DNA from: Candidatus Hydrogenedens sp.
Lineage (GTDB): Bacteria > Hydrogenedentota > Hydrogenedentia > Hydrogenedentales > Hydrogenedentaceae
Direction: 5' to 3'
Assembly: GCA_049968235.1 (NCBI GenBank)
Contig: JBMFRC010000005.1
Coordinates: 1-64,000 of the forward strand
Length of the DNA stretch: 64,000 bases
Shown: positions 48,301-58,164 of the stretch, piece by piece
Layout of the letters: every line of letters starts with the position of its first letter
How positions within the stretch are numbered: the first letter of the stretch is position 1
The notes under the pieces: generated by a model
Told to the model about the DNA's origin: nothing
Database searches by the model: none
What the model saw: only the letters and a program-made list of their open reading frames with translations
Program-made: the position numbers and the translations under genes

Positions 48301-49909
48301 TTACCGGTTTCGTTGTATCTACTACATGAACTATTCTTTGGGCTGTTACTGTATTATTGGAACTGTCGGTAACAGAATAATCAACAGTGTAATCACCCGG
48401 TACTGCTGTATTTACATTATTTGTTACCTCAATTTGAGCGGTTAAATCACCATCCGGAATATCTGTCGCTGTTGCTCCAGCATCAACATATGTCGTACCG
48501 CATTCAACTGTTACCTCCGCCTCTCCTAATAATGTCAAAACTGGCGGTGTATCGTCTATTAACTCACTTACTGCAATATCACTCAATAACTCGCCACCAC
48601 TCAAACGATACTTCGCACGTCCTGTAATTGTCTGTGGTCCCGAAGAACTTTCACTGGCTTTCATACGATATGTAAACGATGCACCTTGCCCCGTTAAATT
48701 CGGAACAAAAATATATGCAAAGGATAAGGTGCCTGTCGCTCCATAATTCGGGACTATCGGCGGTGTCGGATTCTCACTTGCCAACGGTCCTTCATATGTC
48801 CAACCCGCAGGGATAAATTCTTCATATCCTAATGCGGTTACTGAACTCGTACATGGACTATCCGGATTAATACGAATATTTATTGTAACTTCAACAACTT
48901 CACCTGGAATATAGTAGTTCCTCGTAAAACTCCGACTAACCAATAAGCAAGGAACTGCACCATCCAATTGCGTTTCCACTTTGGGTGAAAGTATGGCATC
49001 GCCACAGGTGCGATATACAACCGCACTCGATTTTGTCTCAGAATCCTCAACGATCTCTCCTCCTATAACGGCAATCCCTGTATATGAAATCGGAACATTT
49101 ACAATATAAGTAAATTCCGCAGGAAATGAAGGAACTGTAGTATATGCGAATTCTAACAAACCTGTTTTTCCTATTGTAGGCTCAACCGGCAGACTGCCTC
49201 CCTGCAATCCCTGATATGTCCAGCCTGCAGGTAATGTGTCCTGGAAACCTAATGCAGTTATTGGCTGAGGACCTTCCTTCTCTATACGAATGGTTACATA
49301 AATATTCTGACCCGGAATATAAAAATTATTGTTTACACCCGATATCCCCGGACCGGATAATTCACGTGTAAAGGAAAGACTTGTCGGCTCTAATTGAATA
49401 ACATTTATCGTAGGAGCGCTCTCTAATTGAGGTCCACTTGTGCGATACAAAACCTTACCTTGAAGTTGCCCTGGCTCGCAAATAGTAGGAGGACAGGCAA
49501 TTCGGTAGGTAAAGGTTGCCGGGAATGATGGAACAAAGATGTATGCAAAATTCAGTGTTCCTGTTTGATTCGCATTTGGGACGATAGGGGGTGTAGGATT
49601 TTCACTGGCTAATGGACCTGAATATGAAAAGCCCGGCGGAATTTGCTCCTCATATCCTAAAGCGGTAATTGTCCCTTCGGAATTATCATAATTTATCGTA
49701 ACTTGAACAGATAACTCCGCAGTGCCATTGACAAAATAACCATTAGCATCCAGCCCCGTTATCTGTTTTGTTACTGTTACCAATCCCTGGGCACTCATCG
49801 TTACCACAAGGAATCCCACCATCAGTAAACATACAGAGATGGTTGTGCGTGTGCTTGTTAAACTTACAATAGAGTTTCCTGCTTTCATTTTTTTGCCTCC
49901 ACTGTTCAT
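45395..49909 (-). CDS. giant surface protein: N-terminal signal, 3 long beta-rich repeats, ~13 DUF5011-like Ig domains (...C.s.F.DPGATAtD...G.YtvtYtA.D.sGN...), C-terminal PEP-CTERM-like TM+RRKR tail
   Basis: Repeating ~85-90-aa units carrying DPGATATD. C-terminus SPTEGVPNYLGDLMFITMTGVGMFFVLRRKRANTN*. The likely start is MKAGN (~49888) with a GGAGG RBS. Confidence 0.7.
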   Translation of the reverse strand: MNSGGKKMKAGNSIVSLTSTRTTISVCLLMVGFLVVTMSAQGLVTVTKQITGLDANGYFVNGTAELSVQVTINYDNSEGTITALGYEEQIPPGFSYSGPLASENPTPPIVPNANQTGTLNFAYIFVPSFPATFTYRIACPPTICEPGQLQGKVLYRTSGPQLESAPTINVIQLEPTSLSFTRELSGPGISGVNNNFYIPGQNIYVTIRIEKEGPQPITALGFQDTLPAGWTYQGLQGGSLPVEPTIGKTGLLEFAYTTVPSFPAEFTYIVNVPISYTGIAVIGGEIVEDSETKSSAVVYRTCGDAILSPKVETQLDGAVPCLLVSRSFTRNYYIPGEVVEVTINIRINPDSPCTSSVTALGYEEFIPAGWTYEGPLASENPTPPIVPNYGATGTLSFAYIFVPNLTGQGASFTYRMKASESSSGPQTITGRAKYRLSGGELLSDIAVSELIDDTPPVLTLLGEAEVTVECGTTYVDAGATATDIPDGDLTAQIEVTNNVNTAVPGDYTVDYSVTDSSNNTVTAQRIVHVVDTTKPVINLLGDNPLVVECKSTFNDPGATATDSCDTNVGVNVSGTVDTNAVGEYTLTYTAADDSGNNADPVIRTVKVVDTTPPVITLIGPNPYALECHSVYYDPGATASDTCQGTVSVTNNSATVVNANEPGQYTITYTATDANGNTATRTRVVNVSDNLPPTVTIVGANPLTVQCGSVFTDPGATATDACDGNLTVNKTGIVNTNQVGSYQITYTATDRAGKIGQAIRTVNVVDTQAPTVTLNGASEITHECGLNFVDPGATAEDVCSGILDVIVSGYVYDNQVGDYTLTYTAVDNANNSASKTRTIHVVDTQGPEITLNQEEMTIECNGIFTDPGATALDKCEGGIPLVLTAATIYEVDAIYGDKEVEAIDTSAVGKTYKVRYVATDNSENRSEADMLVNIIDTTSPVITLNQEEMTIECNDVFTDPGATAIDSCGSVTQVLTAAAIYDALTMYQVYTIDTSSAGKGYVVRYVAEDDSGNKSSKDMPVKIVDTTSPVITLNQEEMTIECNDVFTDPGATAIDSCGSVTQVLTAAAIYDALTMYQVYTIDTSSAGKGYVVRYVAEDDSGNKSSKDMPVKIVDTTKPVITLLGENTISVECKSNFTDPGATASDTCDTQVTVSVTGTVDTNVIGSYTITYTAADASGNSATPVTRTVNVVDTTKPVVTLLGSSEVVLECKSTFNDPGATATDGCSGNLEVQTVGSVNVNVPGEYTLTYTAFDASGNSDSKTRVIRIVDTQKPTITLNGNSTIEIQVGQAFNDPGATATDACAGDLNVQVSGKVNTSVPATYELVYSAQDPSGNKAQVSRKVVVKEAPIVVTGNLSITPLVVDFGKQLIEKTYKQKIVLANKGKIPVNVAIDVKDTANNVFAVTFETANIEIPSGETKYVEVAFAPKKVGTYAGKVLFVVSDGVSPAKEVYVDLTGEGYKPKRRFLFISCSPTEGVPNYLGDLMFITMTGVGMFFVLRRKRANTN
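46566..47100 (-). repeat. perfect 2 x 267-bp tandem duplication inside the giant gene (duplicates one Ig-like domain, 89 aa)
   Basis: An identical segment is repeated: PVITLNQEEMTIECNDVFTDPGATAIDSCGSVTQVLTAAAIYDALTMYQVYTIDTSSAGKGYVVRYVAEDDSGNKSSKDMPVKIVDTT. The DNA unit starting ...gtagtatctacaatcttaacgggcatgtc... occurs at 46566 and again at 46833. Confidence 0.85.
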
Positions 49910-50130
49910 TGTTTTATTAACCTAAATTCCTTTGTTTTCATTACAAATTTTTGTAAACGAAAAAACTATATCTTAAATATTACACAAATTTAACTCAATT
50001 GTCAAATAAAATTTTCTTATTTGCCTTACAGCAGGTTATATTATACTTATACCTTATTAATTTTTATAATGCAAATACAAAAATGTTACAATCATACAGT
50101 ATTTTAATTACCAATGAAGGAGTAACATTT

Positions 50131-51018
50131 ATGAGAACAAACGAGCAGAACTTAACACATAAAACATGCCGTCGTGATTTTATTAAATCTGTTTCCATCG
50201 CTACACTAACCTCACCTATTGTAGCCACAACTACATCTGCCCAGAATGCCTCACCCGCAAAAGGATGCATCAAACAATCCGTTTCACGCTGGTGTTATGG
50301 GAAAATTCCCATGCCCGATTTCTGCAAAGCGGTAAAAGAAATGGGACTGGTTGGTATTGATTTGCTTGACCCGAATGAATGGGCGATTGTTAAAGAGTAT
50401 GGACTTATCTGCACTATGGCAAACGGTCCCGGCGGAATTGAAAAAGGTTGGAATGACCCTGCTAATCATAAACGACTCATTGAGAATGCGGAGAAAAGAC
50501 TTCATGAGGTATCTTCTGCTGGCTTGCCAAATATGATTGTCTTTTCTGGCAATCGCGGTAAAATCGATGATAAAGAAGGTATGGATAATTGCGTCAAAGG
50601 CTTAAAAGAAATTATGCCTCTCGCTGAACAATTAGGGGTCAATGTTATCATGGAATTATTAAACAGCAAACGCGACCACAAAAACTATATGTGCGACCAT
50701 ACCGCATGGGGCGTTGAATTAGCGAAACGCATCGGTTCCCCGCGTTTCAAACTCCTCTACGATATTTACCATATGCAAATCATGGAAGGTGACATTATCC
50801 AGACACTCAAAGAAAATATCCAATACATTGGACATATCCATACCGGCGGTGTTCCAGGGAGAAATGATATCGATGATACACAAGAATTAAATTACCGCAG
50901 AATCTGTGAAGCACTGGTCGAACTCAATTATGAGGGTTTCGTTGCTCATGAATTCGTCCCCAAAAATCCCGAACCACTTCAATCCCTAAAAACAGCCTTT
51001 GACATATGTAATATCTAA
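50131..51018 (+). CDS. sugar phosphate isomerase/epimerase (xylose-isomerase-like TIM barrel; hydroxypyruvate-isomerase-like) with a Tat signal
   Basis: Tat motif RRDFIKS, then AP-endonuclease-2/XI-like TIM-barrel features (...IMELLNS..., HIHTGG, AHEF). The start ATG 50131 has a GAAGGAG RBS. The ORF-track TTG 49999 is unlikely. Confidence 0.6.
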   Translation: MRTNEQNLTHKTCRRDFIKSVSIATLTSPIVATTTSAQNASPAKGCIKQSVSRWCYGKIPMPDFCKAVKEMGLVGIDLLDPNEWAIVKEYGLICTMANGPGGIEKGWNDPANHKRLIENAEKRLHEVSSAGLPNMIVFSGNRGKIDDKEGMDNCVKGLKEIMPLAEQLGVNVIMELLNSKRDHKNYMCDHTAWGVELAKRIGSPRFKLLYDIYHMQIMEGDIIQTLKENIQYIGHIHTGGVPGRNDIDDTQELNYRRICEALVELNYEGFVAHEFVPKNPEPLQSLKTAFDICNI

Positions 51019-51325
51019 TATTGTAGTCTTTAATTTACCGTTAGAAGTGGATATTTCATTTTCCGTCCCCAATATAATTTATGCATTCCACAAAATGTGT
51101 AAGTATTCGCATAAAAAATCCGGTGTGTCCGGTTGTTGGACAGGTTCATTCTTAGACATATCCTCCGATAATTTCGACTTTGCCTCATCATTATCCGCCT
51201 TTACTTATTCATAATTGAAGAAAAAAACACATAATAGCGATAATTATCAAAATATGAACTATTATGCAATAAACTTTCATAATTATCCTCCTTTTTTATT
51301 CCTGTGTTAATTTTTTACTTAAACA

Positions 51326-51634
51326 TTATTTATTCTTGCGGAGAGATATAAAAATGGGAATCAACCCCCGAAGAACAAAGTATAATCCAATGCCAGCCCC
51401 TGTAAATATAAATAAATAATGAATTCCTATGTTTCTCCCCGATTCCATAAACTTTGTAATCAAACCGCTAAAGGGGGCACTTTTAGTCTCCGTCATAGAA
51501 CCGTCCGGGTTATATGTCGTTGTCCTATTGTCAAGACAACTTACTCTTTCTCTAACTTTACTCCCATCAGGTAATAATTTCACAACATCTGAACGAAATA
51601 ACTTATTCCCTAATCTATCAGATACTCCAATCAC
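51326..51634 (-). CDS. hypothetical small protein with a C-terminal TM
   Basis: 102-aa ORF in the AT-rich islet. Confidence 0.3.
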   Translation of the reverse strand: MIGVSDRLGNKLFRSDVVKLLPDGSKVRERVSCLDNRTTTYNPDGSMTETKSAPFSGLITKFMESGRNIGIHYLFIFTGAGIGLYFVLRGLIPIFISLRKNK

Positions 51635-51688
51635 TGTAATTACTCCTGCTAATGCTTTTGATGTTTTAGGATGATTTTCAAACTCATC

Positions 51689-52489
51689 CTAAATTTTACC
51701 TAACACACCTCTATCCTGCATCTTTTGACATAATACCCTTTTTCCCTTTTCCGTCAAATTGTCTAAAATATCTTTCCTCCGTAGTACTGTGATTACCTGG
51801 TTTGTGTCAAGATTTTTTACCACTTTTAAGTCTCCCTCTCCCAATTCTTCAGCAACTTGTTTACCTAATCCCGGATGCTTCGCTTCCACTTCTAAAATCT
51901 CTTTACCAAATGTCTTCACCAAAGGCACAAGTTCATCACCACGATTTAACATCGCTTTTATTGCTTTTTTGCCCGTCTCTTCCGGGACTTCTTTCAAAAT
52001 ACGTAATGTTTGCGATAAGCCATATTTCCGTGCCACTAAAAACACATCATCCCCATGTTTTAACATTTGCTCACCCAATTCTTTAAGTAACTTCTTCGCT
52101 CCTTCCTCTCCAACTTCTTGTACAGTACGTTCTGCCAATTCTTCAGCTGCCTCTTTTCCCAGTTTTTTCCCGATATTTTCAGCAATTTCCTGCCCACCTT
52201 TCTTATCTATATATTCCATAACTTCTCTTACTATCCCTTTTGCTACAGCAGAGCCAACTCCCGCATGGGTATTCAGATTAACCAAAAGAATCCCTACCAA
52301 AACGAACAAACTCAATACAAAGACCCTCTCAATTCTCATAGAACAATTCCTCAAATTACATGTATCACTCTCTTGCTTACTCATACCTTTTCCTCCTTCT
52401 TTACTGTTTACATGTTTCATTGTTTTTGGATAAAAACTCATATCGATTCTCCTCCGTTCATCATTTATTGTATATGTGTTTTTCATCAT
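51689..52489 (-). CDS. hypothetical membrane-anchored K/E/G-rich protein
   Basis: TM VFVLSLFVLVGILLV, then a charged helical region. The antisense ORF 51759..52433 is low-complexity and was rejected. Confidence 0.35.
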   Translation of the reverse strand: MMKNTYTINDERRRIDMSFYPKTMKHVNSKEGGKGMSKQESDTCNLRNCSMRIERVFVLSLFVLVGILLVNLNTHAGVGSAVAKGIVREVMEYIDKKGGQEIAENIGKKLGKEAAEELAERTVQEVGEEGAKKLLKELGEQMLKHGDDVFLVARKYGLSQTLRILKEVPEETGKKAIKAMLNRGDELVPLVKTFGKEILEVEAKHPGLGKQVAEELGEGDLKVVKNLDTNQVITVLRRKDILDNLTEKGKRVLCQKMQDRGVLGKI

Positions 52490-52963
52490 CTGTTCTCCTA
52501 TGCTACTTTATTTCTTCATTGTACCCGTCCCTCTTTTAGACTCCAATTGTTTATATGTATTGTTATAAATTCTGTTTTTTATAACTAATCACTTTTGTTT
52601 TTTATTTACATCTATATTCATAATTTATCTATATTCATAATTTATCCTTCTTATTTTTGCTTCAATGAATTCATATTCAATTGTTGTTCTATTGATAACA
52701 ATCTCTGTGCCAACTGAATATATTTTTGATGAAATATATTCATGTTATTTATTAGCAATGAGATACAATATAATTGCGGTTTGGGAAATATTCTCTCTTC
52801 CCATTCCTTTCCCAAAATATGTAAAGAAGGATTTAAATCTTTTAAATTTCCTTTACGCCCATCACTTAGAAAACTCAACGAAATACTACACAACATAACA
52901 TCTATTTTCTTTTCCTCCATTTTGTCATTTAACCCGTTCATAAATTCCTCCTCTTCCTCCTCC

Positions 52964-53170
52964 TTATTTCCTATTCCGATATAATGCACTTATGCCCCTT
53001 GCCACAAAATAAAAAGATATACCCGAACCAACCAAAACAGAAAATAACCATATTACATTACAAAAAGCATTAGCTACCTTAATCCCTAATATCGATAAAA
53101 CAATCCCAACTATTATAACTATTTCCGATGATAATATCGCTTTTAATCCGCTTATAATTATACTCATCAT
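52964..53170 (-). CDS. small membrane protein (68 aa, 2 TM)
   Basis: Translationally coupled (ATGA) to the upstream 83-aa membrane protein. Confidence 0.3.
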   Translation of the reverse strand: MMSIIISGLKAILSSEIVIIVGIVLSILGIKVANAFCNVIWLFSVLVGSGISFYFVARGISALYRNRK

Positions 53171-53418
53171 ATCTTGTCCTCCTTATTTCTTAAGGTTTGT
53201 GTTGCAATATAAAAAACTACATGTATTCCCGCTATTACTCCACACAAAACTATTAACCAAAATATCATCTTCATTAACAAACTCATTACCTTCATTCCTA
53301 CAAAAAACACCGCAACTCCTATGGCTAACTTACCTAAAGGATGCACAGATCCCACATATTTCCAGATATTTTCAATAAACCACTTCATTGCACCCCTGAT
53401 ACTTTCCCATTTTTTCAT
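53167..53418 (-). CDS. small membrane protein (83 aa, 2 TM)
   Basis: Hydrophobic helices LAIGVAVFFVGMKVMSLL and IFWLIVLCGVIAGIHVVFYI. Confidence 0.3.
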   Translation of the reverse strand: MKKWESIRGAMKWFIENIWKYVGSVHPLGKLAIGVAVFFVGMKVMSLLMKMIFWLIVLCGVIAGIHVVFYIATQTLRNKEDKI

Positions 53419-53988
53419 TATATCTTCTATTATCGGCTACCTTTTCTTTCTCTTTGTTCTGTTTACCTCTACTATCTTACAGTTCTCGCCCAATGGCGAC
53501 ATCTTCCTCGTTTCTTCCGGTAACAACCCCACTGCTTCCGATTCACTCTCTCCTCCTCTAAATAACTCCTTTATACCCCAACCACAAGCAATATAAATAC
53601 CGTCATACATCCGGATATTATCACCATCCACACAATTAGTTTCGGCTTTAATGGTGAAGTCTATTCATTGATTACAGTCTCCGGCGACGGCGTCGTCAAC
53701 CATGATATAACAGGATATAAACCACCTACACCAATTACTGCCCATTTTGCTATTTCAAAAAATATACTCATATTGTTATTTCCTTTATTAAGTTAATATT
53801 CAATTGTACTTAATATTTAGCAATACCCATGCCAAGCAGAACAAATGATAGAATATTTCTTTATTAAACAAAATAAATAACTGATATATAATAACTTAAA
53901 ACAAAATAATTATTTATAATGATTATATAAACCCTGCACTACATAAAGAGTATTTAAATCGTATTTACGAATTTAAATCAAAGAATAT

Positions 53989-54420
53989 TTACGCCCCCTT
54001 ATTCATTCTCTCTAATCGCTCCGAAAGCACATGAATAATATTCATTAAAAAACGAACCGCAATCTTCGTATCCATCATAGTAGACAATTGATGCTCATCC
54101 ATCGTAAACACACGGACAGGCATAAGAGCGACCGCAGACGCTGTACGCGGGGTCCTATTCAAAACGGACATCTCACCAAATACATCCCCAACACCAACCA
54201 CTGCTATCTCTTTCGCCTTCTTATATAAGCCCACCTTGCCTGATAATACTACAAACAAAGCAGAACCTAATTGCCCTTCATAAAAAATTGTTTTCCCCTG
54301 CGGATAATCAAAAATCTTCCCCTGCTTTAGAAGACATGCAATTTCTTCAGGGGTTAGCCCTTTGAATAAAGATACCTTTTCTGCATATTGCTGATACTTT
54401 GCCAAATTCTCCATATTCAA
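53989..54420 (-). CDS. stand-alone cyclic-nucleotide-binding (cNMP/CAP-family) domain protein
   Basis: FYEGQLGSALFVVLSGKVGLYK...GDVFGEMSVLNRTPRTASAVA is a canonical cNMP-binding beta-roll (FGE..l, R.A.a). No HTH follows. Confidence 0.65.
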   Translation of the reverse strand: MNMENLAKYQQYAEKVSLFKGLTPEEIACLLKQGKIFDYPQGKTIFYEGQLGSALFVVLSGKVGLYKKAKEIAVVGVGDVFGEMSVLNRTPRTASAVALMPVRVFTMDEHQLSTMMDTKIAVRFLMNIIHVLSERLERMNKGA

Positions 54421-54529
54421 ACTCCAAAAATATTCTACTATAAAAATAACATAATTTTATACACATTTGTTTCCTATCGAGATTAACAAAAACCTTCTAT
54501 GGATTAACATCCATTATCCACAGATACAA

Positions 54530-54850
54530 TTTAATCATAATGGTATATAAGTTATATATGTTTTTACGAGATAAAATCCCAAGGAGAAATTAAAATACAA
54601 AAGTCTGTATCTCTACTTTTCCTATTTTATTTGCTGTTTTTCTGTCCGGTTTTCTATCTTTCGCTTACCTATGCATACTTCTCCTTTTGCCCCCTTAATT
54701 CCCCATACATCCCCTTCAAATTATAAGCAGTCAATAACAAGAAATGAGATACTCCTCTCTATATGCTCTTTCTTGTCCTCCGTGGTGAAAATTATCTCAT
54801 TGTTTTGCTGAAAGTCCTGCCAGCCGTGCGGTTTTTATAGACGCATCCTA
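54530..54850 (+). repeat. intergenic composite repeat, copy A (family of 3 in this window)
   Basis: Shares ...tatatatgttttta(c/t)gagataaaatcc(c/g)a.gagaaattaaaatacaa.agtct.tatctctactt..., ...ttatttgctgtttt(t)ctgtccg... and ...cttaattccccatacatcc.cttcaaattat... with copies B and C. Confidence 0.75.
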
Positions 54851-55403
54851 AATCCGCCTGCATGGCAAATGCATCTCTATGTAGGAGCGAATAATCATTT
54901 GCTCAAAAAACGGATATATGTTATTTGCATTTAACTATTAAAGGGAATAGAAGAATTAATGATGGCAACGAAATAAAATTTTTATTTCATACGGGCGAAA
55001 ATGCTTGTAATACATTAATGTAATTATTTTTGTAATGGTTACGATTTTCCGAAGTGAGGGAAGTTGAAAGAGTAGAAACCGATAAATATTAATACAACTT
55101 GTTGGTGTATTGGTTATGTTTACTACGGGGTTTTTGTATGAGACCAGATAAAAAGACTGCGGCGATTTTTGGGGACATGTTATAAGAGAAGTTGTAAGAT
55201 AAAATAAAATTAAAAGTTAAAATGCAGGAGAAATGAGAGATTTTATGGAAGATTTTGTATATTCGAGATGAGACAAATATAGAACGAACATACAGGTTTA
55301 CAGAGAATAAATTATGAGGGAAATAGGTGAAAAAATGTTTTGAAAAAGGAAAGCGTTTGAAGTAATATATGTATATAAATGAATATAATCAGGAGGAATT
55401 CTA

Positions 55404-55766
55404 ATGACACATACGACAAATCCTGAAGACAGAAGGAAGTATCCACGTAGTAAACATGGTCTGAAAATTCCTATTGAATCCAAAGGACCGGGAATACTCA
55501 ATCATGTAGATAATATTAGTGCCAATGGCGTTTTGTGCCATACGGTTCAGCCTATCCCGTTAATGACCCGGATGCAGATAGTAGTGGAACTCCCAAAACC
55601 TTTTAAACATCGAATTCTGGCAGAAGGAATTGTTGTCCGCTGTAATAAAGATGAACTGGGAGATGACCATTTTAAGGTGGGCATCGTTTTTACCCGCATC
55701 GATGAAAAAGACCAGGAAAAAATACGCGAATTTGTTGAACAGAGTCTCTCTAAAAAAGATGATTAG
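55404..55766 (+). CDS. PilZ-domain (c-di-GMP-binding) protein
   Basis: RRKYPRSKH (RxxxR) followed by DNISANGVLC (D.S.GG-like), which is the PilZ bipartite motif. RBS AGGAGGAA. Confidence 0.6.
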   Translation: MTHTTNPEDRRKYPRSKHGLKIPIESKGPGILNHVDNISANGVLCHTVQPIPLMTRMQIVVELPKPFKHRILAEGIVVRCNKDELGDDHFKVGIVFTRIDEKDQEKIREFVEQSLSKKDD

Positions 55767-55780
55767 ATAAGTATTTTAAT

Positions 55781-56590
55781 ATGATTAATGAAGTTGGTGC
55801 TATAAAAGAAAAACGCGGTAGAAAACAAAAGAAAATAGCTAATAGCCCTGAAAAAAAAATCCTCCTGTTCGGAAAAGATGTAAAAGAAATTCTACCTCTT
55901 TTTAAGAAATTTCCCCAATTAAAGATAGTCCAGGACGCCCCGGATTTTGTTTTAAGTTATGGAGGTGATGGCACATTACTTTCGGCTGAGTATGAATATC
56001 CTCACATACCCAAGATTCCTGTATTAAAAAGTTTGCGTGGGCATCGTTGCATCCATCATCCACCCGAAGAGGTATTGAGGAGATTAACAGAAGACAAACT
56101 CATACCGTATCGATATATGAAATTAATTTGCTCCCTTTATCCCGGAGGAACAACGAGTCCATCGCACCAATTTGAATCCTTAAATGAAGTAATGGTGGAA
56201 AAAGGGAAAATAAACACCGCTGTCCGATTTAAACTCTGGATTGATGGTATCTCTTATGAAGGGGATGATAAGGATATACTCGGTGATGGCTTTATGATAA
56301 GCACACCTTTTGGTAGCACAGCTTATTTTTCGAATGTTACGCGGGGTATTTTTTGGAATGGAATTGGTATCGCGTTTTTAGCAACCTCAGAAGCAGTAAC
56401 ACATATGATTTTATCAGAGGATAGTCTAGTTGAAGTAAAAATAACACGAGGACCTGCTATTCTCGCACATGATAATGCACCGGAATCCATACCGCTACAA
56501 GCGGGGGATATACTTGTTGTAAAAAAATCTCCAAAAGATGCCATTATCTATTCCTGCGGTGTAGTTCACAAATTATCCGAACCATTCTAA
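55781..56590 (+). CDS. nadK: NAD(+) kinase
   Basis: GGDGTLL motif (VLSYGGDGTLLSA), NE...E and DG...TPFGSTAYFSN motifs. It lies 14 bp downstream of the PilZ gene. Confidence 0.8.
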   Translation: MINEVGAIKEKRGRKQKKIANSPEKKILLFGKDVKEILPLFKKFPQLKIVQDAPDFVLSYGGDGTLLSAEYEYPHIPKIPVLKSLRGHRCIHHPPEEVLRRLTEDKLIPYRYMKLICSLYPGGTTSPSHQFESLNEVMVEKGKINTAVRFKLWIDGISYEGDDKDILGDGFMISTPFGSTAYFSNVTRGIFWNGIGIAFLATSEAVTHMILSEDSLVEVKITRGPAILAHDNAPESIPLQAGDILVVKKSPKDAIIYSCGVVHKLSEPF

Positions 56591-56890
56591 TTTAATATTC
56601 GAGACCTGTGAACAATTCGTGTAAGAGGTTAGGGTATAAATGGTATATATTTTTATGAGATAAAATTCCGATGAGAAATTAAAATACAAAAATCTGTATC
56701 TTTACTTTTACCCATTTTATTTCCTGTTTTCTGTCCGTTTTTTTTTCTTTTCACATGAAGCATTAACAAGAAAGGATAGATCCGCTCTCTGTGCCTCTCC
56801 GTGTCCTCCTTGCTGGAAAAAATATAATCACCACAGAGAACAAAGAGAAATCATCACTCACTACACAACAATGCATAAAATAGTAAGGAC
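56591..56890 (+). repeat. intergenic composite repeat, copy B
   Basis: Begins immediately after the nadK stop. Contains the conserved 5' module and the hairpin module ctctgtgcc.ctccgtgtcctc...aatataatca.ccacagagaaca.agagaaa. Confidence 0.75.
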
Positions 56891-57466
56891 AGAAGTTTTC
56901 GCTTTCCCCGGTTCGCCTTTATATACTCCTTTCTATATGCCCTCTGCTCAAATTTCTTTCCATGCTATCACCTCTTGCATCTGTCTCAAAAAAACATCTG
57001 CGACGGGTCGCTTTCTGATGGGGCAATTCGTAATCTATTAAACTTGTTTATTCTATCTTTTTACCAAACTGTGTTGACCTTTTTTCATTTTTAGTTTTTC
57101 CTTGCTTTGTTATTCAAGCCACAATACTTCTGCTATATTTATATCACTTCTTTCTCTTCTAAATTCATTTTTTCCTTCACTCCTTCTCGTATATAATTTA
57201 TATCCTCTAACTTTTATGACTTATTTATAGGTTTTATCCATTATTTTGAAGATTTTTTTCAGGGGCAATATCCTTTATTTAAAGTTTAATTGGAATAGTA
57301 ATATTCGTAAGTAATTGATATATATTACAATTATTAGGATTATGATATTTTAATAATGAAAAATTCCAAATATAAATGCAAATTTTTGTTATATATATTA
57401 TAATAATATTAATAAATAATTATTTATGTTATAAAATATAATAATAATTATGTAAGGGAGATAATT

Positions 57467-57946
57467 ATGTTGTATCGTAAAGAAACAAAAGATACATATC
57501 ATGTGATGTGTTCTTGTGGACAAACATATCCTATTGTTAATCCGGACCTAATCGCTCAGTTAACCTGTGGTGTTTGTGGGAAGATTATAAAAGTTAGTCA
57601 AGATAATTTGATCGAGCCTAATGAAAGCAATACAGCCATCTATCGTAGATTAAAAAACAGTCCGCCCATAGAACGAATAATAGAAGGAATTCGCCTTATT
57701 AAAGAGGGAAAATGGGAACATGCTTTTCCTTTATTCCAGTCTGTGGTAAATGAAAACAGACCAGTCCGCGAAGCCTTTTATGGCTTGGGATATTGTTATT
57801 ATAAAGAAAAAGACTATCTGAATAGTCTTATTTTTCTTGGAGTTGCGTTATATTTGGGGCATCCTCATGCCCAAACCCTGTATGAAAAAGTCAAACAAAT
57901 ATTAAAGATTGATGGGAGCATTATACCGCCGAAGTTGGGAGAATAA
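57467..57946 (+). CDS. hypothetical protein with an N-terminal Zn-ribbon (CSCG...CGVCG) and a TPR-like C-terminus
   Basis: Four Cys in a CxC...CxxC arrangement. YGLGYCYYKEKDYLNSL is a TPR-like helix. Extremely AT-rich upstream region. Confidence 0.45.
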   Translation: MLYRKETKDTYHVMCSCGQTYPIVNPDLIAQLTCGVCGKIIKVSQDNLIEPNESNTAIYRRLKNSPPIERIIEGIRLIKEGKWEHAFPLFQSVVNENRPVREAFYGLGYCYYKEKDYLNSLIFLGVALYLGHPHAQTLYEKVKQILKIDGSIIPPKLGE

Positions 57947-58164
57947 TTTGGCTTTGTATTCTTAAAATACGCTCCAATACTAACCTATTCTTTTTAGAAG
58001 TCATGTACTTGAAATATGTCTATTCTTTATAATTAAACTATTATAATATTTGGAATAACTTTGTTTTACTATTTATACGATAGACAGGATGTTACTAAAA
58101 TTATATTAGCCAAAATAGATTATTATTAACTTTATTGAAATATAATTAACAGAAGGAGATTATC

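Noticed and set aside
45463-48627. Multiple 60-160-aa ORFs on both strands inside the 1504-aa gene (e.g. 47642..48130 +, 46347..46634 +, 45684..45938 +)
   Set aside because: They are embedded in a continuous 4.5-kb ORF with a strong repeated-domain signature. Their Cys/Arg-rich translations are typical antisense artefacts.
51759-52433. 224-aa + strand ORF antisense to 51689..52489
   Set aside because: S/P/F-rich low-complexity translation. The opposing K/E/G-rich TM-anchored ORF is more protein-like. Both are uncertain.
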